A stretch of 45,458 nucleotides of DNA, taken from Candidatus Berkelbacteria bacterium. Lineage in GTDB: Bacteria; Patescibacteriota; UBA1384; VFKW01. The position numbers were made by a program, and so were the translations under genes. This document shows positions 13,394 through 21,568 of this stretch, one piece after another. The notes below the pieces were generated by a model. It worked only from the letters and a program-made list of their open reading frames with translations, searched no databases and was not told the DNA's origin. The stretch covers positions 1 through 45,458 of the forward strand of contig VFKW01000035.1 in NCBI GenBank assembly GCA_009885355.1, given 5' to 3'. Each line of letters begins with the position of its first letter. Within the stretch, counting starts at the first letter, position 1.

Positions 13394-13447
13394 CCGTAGC
13401 CCAGACTTTAGTCTGCCCCCAGTCCGTAGCCCAGACTTTAGTCTGCC
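13394..13447. promoter_or_regulatory. Two tandem palindrome-containing repeats in a divergent intergenic region (possible operator)
   Basis: CCGTAGCCCAGACTTTAGTCTGCC occurs twice (13394-13417 and 13424-13447; 30-nt period). Each unit carries the palindrome CAGACT-TT-AGTCTG. Confidence 0.4.
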
Positions 13448-13472
13448 TGGTTGGATCATAAGTTCCCGTCGC

Positions 13473-13501
13473 TTGCTCAAACTTCTTATACTCACTATAA
13501 T
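13473..13501 (+). promoter_or_regulatory. Candidate sigma-70-type promoter for the 13509 gene
   Basis: TTGCTC (13473-13478), a 17-nt spacer, then TATAAT (13496-13501). ATG 13509 lies 7 nt after the -10 box and has no SD, so the transcript may be leaderless. This is a pattern call only. Confidence 0.3.
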
Positions 13502-13508
13502 AAAATAG

Positions 13509-15041
13509 ATGATAATAAAACTGCGCAAACATAAATTCATATTTCTCCATACTGGTAAGGTGTTGGCGGGAGCTTTTTTAATTGCTTTAACGATTTTTTC
13601 CTATACTTTTGGCAAGAGTATTTCTCCAAAAAATAATACCCCTTCCATTCAAAAAAAGAATTATGTAAAAATAACACCAACCCCAACCCCAGTTCAAGTT
13701 GCTGCAATTCAAGAAGCCATAAAAAAAGATCCTTCCCAATCCCCGGTTGTTCCCAAAAAAGCCATTGCCAATAAAAAATCTTTTACCGGCAAGACAACTA
13801 CCAATTCCGATGGCACCAAAACAACCAGCGGGGGAGAAGGCGGCAGCTCTCCGGAATTAAATAGTTTATCCCCAAGCGGTGTCAACAACCCTTTAAATAT
13901 TAAAATTGAGGATAAAACCGGAAGCTATCCTTTGCTTATTACTCCGCTCAAAGATTATCTCAATACCTTGAAATGGTCCACCGAAATTGCCACCCTCGCT
14001 GACATTGAGATCGTTGACGTCGGCGACACCGGCTGGGCTGGCCAATATTCTTTTTCATATAATCAAAACCAATCCGGTCAAGTCACCTCTCTGGTCGGCC
14101 TCATCAAGCTCAATGTTTTTTACAGTAAAGATAAATCATATTTTACCGACTATATGAAACTCGTTTTATCCCATGAATACGGCCATCACTACACTCAGTA
14201 TTATAAATTATTCAAATGGAAACTGCTTTCCGGTACTCGTTTTCCCGATCAATATTACGCCATCAGGCCTCTGACCAAAGTCACAACTACTTTTGATTAT
14301 TCTCTCAATTGGGAAAATTGCGATGCCGAGATCATCGCCGAAGACTACTCCTATATATATTCCGGCTATAGTTATCATGGCATGAGCGAAAAATACGGTT
14401 ATCCAGCCTCTCCAGCCATCTCCAATTGGCTCGCCAATGACCTGCCAGGTGGACCAGGCGCTTCTCCAGTGGTTCCAGTAGTTACTCCGACTGATAATCC
14501 TCCGACGATCAATATCACCTCGCCTGTGGATAACTCAACCGTTTCTAGTAATATTACGATCCAAGCTACCGCCAGCGATGACCATGCTGTCTCAAAAGTC
14601 GCCTTTTATATCGGAGATATTCGTATTTTGGAAAAAACCTCCATCCCTTACGAAGCTACTTTCAATTCCGGTGCCTATGATAATATTTCGTATTCTATCC
14701 GTGCCATCGCCACCGATGACGCCAATCATTCAACCACCGCTACTATTAATTTAACTTTCAATAACATCAAACCGATCATCACCATCAACAGTCCCAACAA
14801 CGATCCATATACCTGGACCACCGGCGATCTCACCATCGACACCTCTGCCCAAAGCGAAAACAGCGTATCAAAAATCGAAATTTATATAAATGATCAATTA
14901 GGTATCACCAGAAATACAGATCATCTTGCAGCAGTCTGGTCATCATCAGGTGTTTCCGCCGGAACTTATGATATTAAAATAAAAGCTTACGATCAAAATG
15001 GAAATATCGGTACAAAAACATTTAAAGTCATCAAACAATAG
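13509..15041 (+). CDS. Membrane-anchored HExxH zinc metalloprotease-like protein with two C-terminal Ig-like repeats
   Basis: 510 aa with a TM helix (VLAGAFLIALTIFSYTF), a P/T/K-rich linker and LVLSHEYGHHY (HExxH). There are two Ig-like repeats (..INITSPVDNSTVSSNITIQATASDDHAVSKVAFYIGD.. and ..ITINSPNNDPYTWTTGDLTIDTSAQSENSVSKIEIYIND..). The start codon is uncertain. Confidence 0.75.
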   Translation: MIIKLRKHKFIFLHTGKVLAGAFLIALTIFSYTFGKSISPKNNTPSIQKKNYVKITPTPTPVQVAAIQEAIKKDPSQSPVVPKKAIANKKSFTGKTTTNSDGTKTTSGGEGGSSPELNSLSPSGVNNPLNIKIEDKTGSYPLLITPLKDYLNTLKWSTEIATLADIEIVDVGDTGWAGQYSFSYNQNQSGQVTSLVGLIKLNVFYSKDKSYFTDYMKLVLSHEYGHHYTQYYKLFKWKLLSGTRFPDQYYAIRPLTKVTTTFDYSLNWENCDAEIIAEDYSYIYSGYSYHGMSEKYGYPASPAISNWLANDLPGGPGASPVVPVVTPTDNPPTINITSPVDNSTVSSNITIQATASDDHAVSKVAFYIGDIRILEKTSIPYEATFNSGAYDNISYSIRAIATDDANHSTTATINLTFNNIKPIITINSPNNDPYTWTTGDLTIDTSAQSENSVSKIEIYINDQLGITRNTDHLAAVWSSSGVSAGTYDIKIKAYDQNGNIGTKTFKVIKQ

Positions 15042-15049
15042 GAGAAAAA

Positions 15050-15535
15050 ATGAATAGCTATATTTTTAAGACCAATCTTCACAAGGCCTCAATAAAAGTA
15101 AATATAAATTCATTCATGATCGGCGGATTATTTTTCGTTTTAACTATGATCTGGTCCACTGATGCTGATCACATTACCCCTCTAATTACCAGTGAAATTC
15201 TACTAGCTATCCCTTTGCTTTTCGCCTCCAGTCTTGCCTATATCAAAGTTGCCGAAAAAGAAGAGACAAAAGCTTGGGATACATTTGGTTGGATCGCAAA
15301 TACTCTCGGCAATACATTAGTCTTCAATATTATTGGTTTAATGGCCGCCGCCATCAACGGACGTCCCGCCGCCGTCATGTTCTTTTTTTCTTTTATGTTT
15401 ATCATGCTCATTTATACCATCATAAATATTTTAGAAAACAAAAACCTTATCGGCCAGCGCATCTTCAAATATGCCTTTCTAATTATCATCATTATCCTCG
15501 GCGGCCTGATCCCAGCCTACATAATCACCGGCTGA
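15050..15535 (+). CDS. Small integral membrane protein (about four TM helices)
   Basis: 161 aa with AGGAGAAAAA directly before the ATG and hydrophobic helices throughout. It ends in TGA. No family recognised. Confidence 0.7.
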   Translation: MNSYIFKTNLHKASIKVNINSFMIGGLFFVLTMIWSTDADHITPLITSEILLAIPLLFASSLAYIKVAEKEETKAWDTFGWIANTLGNTLVFNIIGLMAAAINGRPAAVMFFFSFMFIMLIYTIINILENKNLIGQRIFKYAFLIIIIILGGLIPAYIITG

Positions 15536-15599
15536 TCATTTCTCAAAATCAAATAGTGTATAATGAATTTGTAAACTGCTTTATTATATAAGTTTATTT

Positions 15600-15835
15600 A
15601 TTTTTACATTAGGGTTAATACCTCGCAGCTTACGGCGTGCGAATATCCCCCTCCAGTTGTCATTCCGGTTTCTGGCATGTCATTCCAGCGCAGGCTGGAA
15701 TCCAGGAAGCCTTATGTCTGGATCCCGGATATTCTCTCCATTTGTCGAGATAAACTTGTGCCACCCGCTTCCGGGATGACGATATGGGGCATGATACTCC
15801 ATCAGCTTGCTGAGGGTTAGTTTATTGAGGTTATT
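15600..15835. repeat. GC-rich structured intergenic element of the GTCAT(T/C)CC repeat family
   Basis: Visibly higher G+C than its neighbours. GTCATTCC occurs at 15659 and 15679. There is a hairpin TTCCAGC-GCAG-GCTGGAA (15683-15700) and an inverted pair ATCCCGGA (15722-15729) / TCCGGGAT (15770-15777). The complement of 15761-15789 (CCCCATATCGTCATCCCGGAAGCGGGTGG) resembles 21477-21508. Confidence 0.55.
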
Positions 15836-16306
15836 ATGCTGCATGAACTATTAAATAAAAAAGCGCCATCTTTCACTCTTTTATCCAGTGAAAAACATCC
15901 AATCTCACTGAAAGATTTTAAAAATCAATTTTTAGTTGTCTATTTTTACCCAAAAGACGAAACAAGTGGTTGTACTATTGAGGCACAAGCGTTTAAAAAT
16001 AATTTTTTTCAGTTTCAAGACCTGGATATAAATCTCATTGGCATTAGCCCGGATGATCCTAAACGTCATTGTGAATTTATTGAGCATTACGATCTTCCGT
16101 TCCCGCTTTTGAGTGATCTTGATCATCAAGCGGCCGTCAGTTTTGGAGTCTGGGTCCAAAAAACTATGTATGGAAAAACTTACTGGGGCATTGAACGTAC
16201 CACTTTTATCATCGACAAAGAGGGGATCATTCGCGATATCATCGATCACATCAAGCCAAACGAACACCCAGAAAAAGCCCTCGAATCAGTCAAGAAGATA
16301 ATATAA
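15836..16306 (+). CDS. bcp: Peroxiredoxin (Bcp-type thiol peroxidase)
   Basis: 156 aa. FYPKDETSGCTIEA is the Bcp/peroxiredoxin active-site motif. Confidence 0.9.
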   Translation: MLHELLNKKAPSFTLLSSEKHPISLKDFKNQFLVVYFYPKDETSGCTIEAQAFKNNFFQFQDLDINLIGISPDDPKRHCEFIEHYDLPFPLLSDLDHQAAVSFGVWVQKTMYGKTYWGIERTTFIIDKEGIIRDIIDHIKPNEHPEKALESVKKII

Positions 16307-16369
16307 ATATAAAAGCTCACGTAGTGAGCATCAATATTTTTGCATTTTTAGATTTGCTTTTTGCATTTT

Positions 16370-17521
16370 TTAGTATTTATTATTTTCAAAATACTTATTA
16401 TATTGCTCAGCGCTTTTATTTATAGAAAATTTATTCTTTGCCATCAAATATGAATTATGGCCAAAATCCCTCGCTTTTTCCGGGTTATTTCTCAAAAAAT
16501 CAACTTTTGCGATCATTTGTATCAGATTTTGTACCAAAAATCCATTTTTTCCGGTTTCGATGCAATCTTCTGCCAGCCCGATCGGAAATGAAATAATCGC
16601 CATCCCGCTTGCCATCGCTTGCATAATCGGTAAATTTCGAGTTTCATATCTAGCTGTTTGTAAATATATTTGCCCCTTGTGAAAAATGTGTTTTAAATGT
16701 TCCGTGCTTGGATTTTCGATCACCATTGCCCCGCGTTTTTGAAATAATATCCGGTATGCCGGATCATTTGTATTTAAAATTACCAGTTTTTGCAGTTCTC
16801 GGATACGCTGAAAGGTCTCCATGATTCTATCAATTCCCTGCGCCATAAAATCAGACAATCCGTAATGCAAATCAGCATAATAAACTAAAAGTGGTTTTTC
16901 CGGATCAAACATAGCAGTCATTCTTTCACATTCCTTGCAGCTTTGGTCATGCTGAAACCAGTCTTCGTTTAATCCATACGGAAGCACCGTCACCCTGCTA
17001 GCCGGCATATCGTAATATCGAAGTAGATCTTCTTTTGCATTGCGGTTCGGTACAACAATTGAGAAATTTGTTCGGCAAATCGTCTCTTGCGCTTCTTTTA
17101 TCAATCTATAATATTCTTCTTTTGAATGATCAAAATTAACCCCGAGGATTTTCGCTTCTTCCAAATGTTTTTTCAAGGCCAATATTTCCTCGCCATATTC
17201 CGGCCGGTCGATCGTTCTTTTTAATGCATCTGCGATATAAGTAAAGTTCACAATATGCTTGCTTTGGCTGTCCAAAAAAGGCAGACTGTTCATCGGCGAT
17301 CCGTAAATGATCCGAGCTTTAGAAATATCTTGCCAATATTTTGATAGCGAAAATGCCCGACAAATAGGCCCCAAAAAATCTAGCTGATCCCAGCCGTCAG
17401 TGACCGGATTAAATGCTTCAATTTCCAACCCCCGCTCATGTAATCTCGGGATTAGGTCGTTATGAAATTGATTGTAATCAGCGCCGTCAACGGCTGATTC
17501 TTGCAACAAGGAAAGTTGCAC
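16370..17521 (-). CDS. GT-B fold glycosyltransferase (GT4-like)
   Basis: 383 aa with the C-terminal motif ..ETRNLPIMQAMASGMAIISFPIGLAEDCIETGKNGFLV... It starts at GTG preceded by GGGAGGA. Confidence 0.8.
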   Translation of the reverse strand: MQLSLLQESAVDGADYNQFHNDLIPRLHERGLEIEAFNPVTDGWDQLDFLGPICRAFSLSKYWQDISKARIIYGSPMNSLPFLDSQSKHIVNFTYIADALKRTIDRPEYGEEILALKKHLEEAKILGVNFDHSKEEYYRLIKEAQETICRTNFSIVVPNRNAKEDLLRYYDMPASRVTVLPYGLNEDWFQHDQSCKECERMTAMFDPEKPLLVYYADLHYGLSDFMAQGIDRIMETFQRIRELQKLVILNTNDPAYRILFQKRGAMVIENPSTEHLKHIFHKGQIYLQTARYETRNLPIMQAMASGMAIISFPIGLAEDCIETGKNGFLVQNLIQMIAKVDFLRNNPEKARDFGHNSYLMAKNKFSINKSAEQYNKYFENNKY

Positions 17522-17577
17522 ATTTCCTCCCAGCTAATAGGTTACTATTCTTAGGCGTCAGCCGCCCTTCTTTTGTC

Positions 17578-17611
17578 CCTAACTACTAACTACGAACTAC
17601 TATCTACTATG
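17578..17611. repeat. Third copy of the CTA/TAG-rich repeat, directly after the rpoD stop
   Basis: CCCTAACTACTAACTACGAACTACTATCTACTATG shares AACTACTATCTACTA and CTACTAACTAC with 9069-9107. Both copies sit immediately 3' of a minus-strand stop codon. Confidence 0.55.
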
Positions 17612-18703
17612 TTATTTTTGTAAATAATCTTTCAATCGGCTGCTGTCTTCGTGTTTTTTCAATTTTTGCAGTGCTTTTGCCTCGATCTGTCGGATACGTT
17701 CACGCGTCACGCCGAATTCTTTGCCCACTTCTTCTAGTGTGTGAGTTTTACCGTCTTCCAGCCCAAATCTCATCTTTAAAATTCTTTGTTCGCGAGGTGA
17801 TAAATAACGTAAAAATTCTGTAATATGGCCTTTGAGCAATTGATAAATCGCCGATTCCTCAGGCGACATACTGTCTTTGTCTTCCAAAAAGTCGCCCAAG
17901 CGGGAATCTTCTTCTTCGCCAACCGGTGCTTCCAATGATACTGTTTCTTGGGAAATTTTCAAGATATTTTCCACTTTATCAATCTCGATGCCCATCTCCG
18001 CAGCGATCTCTTCTGGTAATGGTTCGCGGCCCAAATCTTGTACCAGTTGTCGTTGGACTCTGATCAATCGGTTGATTGTTTCAACCATATGCACAGGAAT
18101 ACGGATTGTTCTAGCTTGGTCGGCAATCGCTCTGGTGATCGCTTGTCGGATCCACCAGGTCGCATAAGTTGAGAATTTAAAACCTTTATGATAATCAAAT
18201 TTTTCAACCGCCCTTAAAAGTCCGGTATTGCCTTCTTGGATCAAATCCAAAAGTGACAATCCGCGCCCGATGTATTTTTTAGCAATCGATACTACCAAAC
18301 GCAAATTTGCCTCAGCCAATTTCTTTTTGGCTGTCTCATCACCTTGCACGATTCTCTTGGCCAATTTGATCTCTTCTTCACTATTTAATAGTGAGATTCG
18401 GCCGATTTCCCTCAGATACATTCGAACAGAATCATCCGAAATATCTGAAACTTCCGGCAATTTTTCTTTTTTTTCTTGACCTGGAATTTCCAAAAGTCTT
18501 TTTGGCTCGCGTATTTCAATTCCTTGTCGGTTTATATATTCATAAAAAGCATCTACCGTTGCGACATCTTCTTCCGCATCGGGCATTGCTTGTTCGATTT
18601 CCTGATATGTCACAAAACTATGCGCTTTGCCTTTATCGAGCAACGCTTGTAATGCTTCTGGGAAATCCAGTTCTATTTCTTGTTTAATTATCTTTTTCGC
18701 CAT
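17612..18703 (-). CDS. rpoD: RNA polymerase primary sigma factor
   Basis: The ORF opens at 18721, but GGAGG plus 9 nt precede ATG 18703 (MAKKIIKQ..). Region 2 is ..[31 protein letters not shown].. and region 4.2 is ..[24 protein letters not shown]... Confidence 0.95.
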   Translation of the reverse strand: MAKKIIKQEIELDFPEALQALLDKGKAHSFVTYQEIEQAMPDAEEDVATVDAFYEYINRQGIEIREPKRLLEIPGQEKKEKLPEVSDISDDSVRMYLREIGRISLLNSEEEIKLAKRIVQGDETAKKKLAEANLRLVVSIAKKYIGRGLSLLDLIQEGNTGLLRAVEKFDYHKGFKFSTYATWWIRQAITRAIADQARTIRIPVHMVETINRLIRVQRQLVQDLGREPLPEEIAAEMGIEIDKVENILKISQETVSLEAPVGEEEDSRLGDFLEDKDSMSPEESAIYQLLKGHITEFLRYLSPREQRILKMRFGLEDGKTHTLEEVGKEFGVTRERIRQIEAKALQKLKKHEDSSRLKDYLQK

Positions 18704-20489
18704 TTTTAATACCTCCTGCACTCTGGAGAAATGTTTGCAATTGAGAAAGGAGCTCTTTCACTTTCTTTCTATCACCTGATTCTTCAGCTTCGCCGATTGC
18801 TCGGGCAAAGTCAAGTTTTTGGTTTTCGTGATAGTTTAAGCTTAGATGTTCCAAGGTCTGATTTATTGCAGATTCAATTGTCGCATTATCTTCGCCGGCC
18901 TCCAGCTCGTTTTTTGGATTCATCGAGCTGTCTATTATTTTTTTCAAAATCTCTTGATCAGCCTCATTTAAATTTTTGCGAAGATAGGAAATTAATTCTT
19001 TTTGAACATTTTCAGAAATAATAACAGCCTCATTATACCAGATTTTTATCATCTTTACAATTGTAATGTATGTATTGGTGAAATGTTTTTCATTAATTTT
19101 CCCGATAAATTCTTTTCCAAGCCCCGGGTTATTGATCAATTGTCCAATCAGTTCTCCTTGCAGGTCCAATTTTTCAATCTTTTTTATCTCCTCGCCAACT
19201 GGTTCACTCGGCTTTTTTGATGCATATTTATCTTGCTTGATCGATCCTTTTAAAATCTCGACAGTTACTGACAATCTATTGGCCAATTTTTGCAAATAAT
19301 GTTGCTTTTCCACACTGTCAGCAATTTGATTAATAATCGGCAGCAATTTTGCCGCAATCTGTTTTTTTTGTGTCCCGTTCAAAGACATTTCATCTCCAAC
19401 CATCGAAAATGCCCGATCAAAATGCCATTGCACAGCCGGAATCGCCTTTTTGATCAGCTCAGGCCACATTTGGGGTACTTTTTCGATCACTTCTCCCGCG
19501 TCTTTGAACTCGGCCGGCAGCACGCAGACATCGGCTGTATAATTTTCCCGCAGGCAAATTTCGATCACTTTTTCCGTCGCCTTTTGGCCCGCCTCGTCAT
19601 TATCAAACGCCAAAACAAAGCGCTGCGCATAGCGATACATTATCCTAAAATGATCTTCCGTCACCGCTGTTCCTGACGAAGCGACCACATTTTCCACTCC
19701 CGCTTGGTGCGAAGCGATCACATCCATCTGCCCCTCGACAAAGATGATTGAGCCTTTTTGACGAATCGCCATTTTGGCATTATTTAGTCCATACAAGGCG
19801 CGGCTTTTATGAAATAAAGCAGTCTCAGCCGTATTTAAATATTTTGGTCCCGGTCCGTCGGGAAATTCCCGTCCGGTAAATGCAATTGTCGTCCCCATCG
19901 GATCTGCAATTGGAAACATAATTCGCTTATAAAATCGTTCCGGCTTTCCAGCTGCCGCAATCTCTGATTCCCGAAATCCGCGCTTGACCAGAAAATCTCC
20001 CAAACCTCGTTTTTCCGGCGCAAATCCAATTCTGAACTTTCGGATCATCTCCTCAGAAATGCCTCTTTTTTTCAAATACTCCAGCGCCCCTTTGCCAAGC
20101 TCGTGATTGAGTAAAATCGTTTGAAAATATTTACTGGCCAGTTCATTTATATTGAGCAGTCTATTTTTGTCGTCTTTTTTCTCTTGTGTCGGCTCAAATT
20201 TATCTTCGATTTTGACCCCGGATCGATCGGCCAAAAACCTGATCGCCTCTGGGAAATTCAATCCTTCCATCTTTATTACAAAGCCGAAAATATCTCCCCC
20301 CTCATTGCATCCAAAGCATTTATAGATCTGTTTTTCCGGTGAGATCATAAACGAGCCGGTTCTTTCTTCGTGAAAAGGGCAAAGCGCTTTAAAATTCGCG
20401 CCCGCTTTTCTCATCGTCACATAATTTGAAATCAGATCGACAATATCCACTCGCCGTCTGATTTCCTCCAATTCTTGCTCACTCGCCAT
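18684..20489 (-). CDS. dnaG: DNA primase
   Basis: 601 aa with the CHC2 zinc finger [25 protein letters not shown] and TOPRIM motifs ..[11 protein letters not shown].. and ..[12 protein letters not shown]... It is in the dnaG-rpoD arrangement and overlaps the rpoD start. Confidence 0.95.
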   Translation of the reverse strand: MASEQELEEIRRRVDIVDLISNYVTMRKAGANFKALCPFHEERTGSFMISPEKQIYKCFGCNEGGDIFGFVIKMEGLNFPEAIRFLADRSGVKIEDKFEPTQEKKDDKNRLLNINELASKYFQTILLNHELGKGALEYLKKRGISEEMIRKFRIGFAPEKRGLGDFLVKRGFRESEIAAAGKPERFYKRIMFPIADPMGTTIAFTGREFPDGPGPKYLNTAETALFHKSRALYGLNNAKMAIRQKGSIIFVEGQMDVIASHQAGVENVVASSGTAVTEDHFRIMYRYAQRFVLAFDNDEAGQKATEKVIEICLRENYTADVCVLPAEFKDAGEVIEKVPQMWPELIKKAIPAVQWHFDRAFSMVGDEMSLNGTQKKQIAAKLLPIINQIADSVEKQHYLQKLANRLSVTVEILKGSIKQDKYASKKPSEPVGEEIKKIEKLDLQGELIGQLINNPGLGKEFIGKINEKHFTNTYITIVKMIKIWYNEAVIISENVQKELISYLRKNLNEADQEILKKIIDSSMNPKNELEAGEDNATIESAINQTLEHLSLNYHENQKLDFARAIGEAEESGDRKKVKELLSQLQTFLQSAGGIKNGEKDN

Positions 20490-20696
20490 AATCTCCTTGA
20501 AAAATTCTTCCGTTTCAGATATAATGTAAACGTTCTAGGTAAAAAAAGCAATAACTAAATATGTCATCCTGGGCTTGTCTTCGATACAACTCAGACCCTG
20601 AGCTTAGTCGAACGGGATCCGGGATCTACCCGCGTCAGCGTGATGTATCATATAAAAGCCGCCTAGATACAAAATGTAACTTTAAGGTTGGATATT

Positions 20697-20963
20697 ATGC
20701 ATTATGTCTATATCCTAAAAAGTGAAAAAGTGAAGCGCTTCTACGTCGGTTATACGATCGATTTAAAACGAAGAATCCTCGAGCACAACGACGGCAATAC
20801 TAGATCAACCAGACCTTTTCGCCCTTGGAAAATGATTTATTGGGAGCAGTTCGACAGTAAAAGCGAAGCCTACAAACGCGAATGGCACCTAAAACACGCC
20901 AAAGGCCGCAAAGAAAAACTGGAAATTATAGATAAGTATGCAGATCATCCCTTAAGTGCCTAG
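20697..20963 (+). CDS. Stand-alone GIY-YIG nuclease domain protein
   Basis: YVYILKSEKVKRFYVGYTIDLKRRILEHN is the GIY-YIG block. The track ORF starts at TTG 20688; the first ATG is 20697. Confidence 0.85.
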   Translation: MHYVYILKSEKVKRFYVGYTIDLKRRILEHNDGNTRSTRPFRPWKMIYWEQFDSKSEAYKREWHLKHAKGRKEKLEIIDKYADHPLSA

Positions 20964-20979
20964 CAATTATCCTTCGAGC

Positions 20980-20999
20980 CCTGCCTGCCGGCAGGCAGG
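20980..20999. repeat. Perfect 20-bp palindrome after the GIY-YIG gene (hairpin/terminator candidate)
   Basis: CCTGCCTGCC|GGCAGGCAGG begins 16 nt after the stop codon. It is G+C-rich in an A+T-rich context. Confidence 0.6.
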
Positions 21000-21088
21000 T
21001 TGTCGAGAAGTATCAAAAGCTTAATACTTGATGCAAAATACCCCGAAGGGGCCCCATTGGGGCTTAATACAGCGGCGAAGTCGCTTAT

Positions 21089-21172
21089 GGAGGAGTCGGA
21101 TAGTGGCTAATTCCACGCGCTTGGAAAGCGCGCGAGTGAAAGCTCACGTGGGTTCGAATCCCACCTCCTCCG
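21089..21172 (+). tRNA. tRNA-Ser (anticodon GGA)
   Basis: Acceptor GGAGGAG/CTCCTCC. The anticodon arm is CGCGC-TTGGAAA-GCGCG (anticodon GGA). It has a long variable arm, a T arm GTGGG-TTCGAAT-CCCAC and discriminator G, with no encoded CCA. Folded by eye. Confidence 0.88.
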
Positions 21173-21568
21173 CACGAAGCAGTTTGGAACCTTTTGCAGG
21201 TTCGAATCTGTATATAATAGAAGTCACAAAGACGAAAAAGGCCGCTTAAGGCTCTTTTTGGTGCTATTTAGGCTAGTTTTAAGACGACTAGGAACGGGAC
21301 TGGAACCGTGTTTTTAACCTTATAATTTTGAATACTTTGGTACTTTTTTGCTAAATCGCCTTAAATTCGACAAAAAAAGAAGGCCTTCTCATCGTCATTC
21401 TGTTCGTCATTTACATAGTCAATTTTCATCTTACGTGGCGAGTATCGTCCGAGCCACGCCTCAGCCGAAGAATCTTCCCCACCTTATCGTCATCCCAAAA
21501 CCGGATGGCATCCGATATTCCGCAGGTACTCGGCAGGGTGTGAGGATCCAGCTATAATGTCTTTTAGC

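Noticed and set aside
13394-13447. Possible mini-CRISPR array
   Set aside because: There are only two 24-nt units with a 6-nt gap between them, no spacers of plausible length and no cas genes in the window.
13329-13550. 73-aa minus-strand ORF with a repeated TKVWAT peptide
   Set aside because: The peptide repeat is produced by the 24-nt DNA tandem repeat. There is no RBS, and the ORF overlaps the start of the 13509 gene and its candidate promoter. The region is better explained as regulatory DNA.
15274-15591. 105-aa plus-strand ORF
   Set aside because: It is an out-of-frame overlap with the 15050..15535 membrane-protein gene, which has a clear RBS. The product is R/H/Y-rich and low-complexity.
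18704-18721. Upstream start (18721) for rpoD
   Set aside because: GGAGG is positioned for the ATG at 18703. The longer form would begin inside dnaG with no RBS.
21196-21212. Second tRNA or tRNA fragment (GCAGGTTCGAATCTG)
   Set aside because: Only a T-loop-like 10-mer is present. The stem is not complementary (GCAGG vs CTGTA), and there is no acceptor or anticodon arm. It is kept only as a possible att-like scar.
21348-21557. 69-aa plus-strand ORF between the tRNA and the recombinase
   Set aside because: It has a non-ATG start and no RBS, and it gives a basic low-complexity product. It spans the GTCATCCC-type repeat, so it is more likely non-coding repeat DNA.
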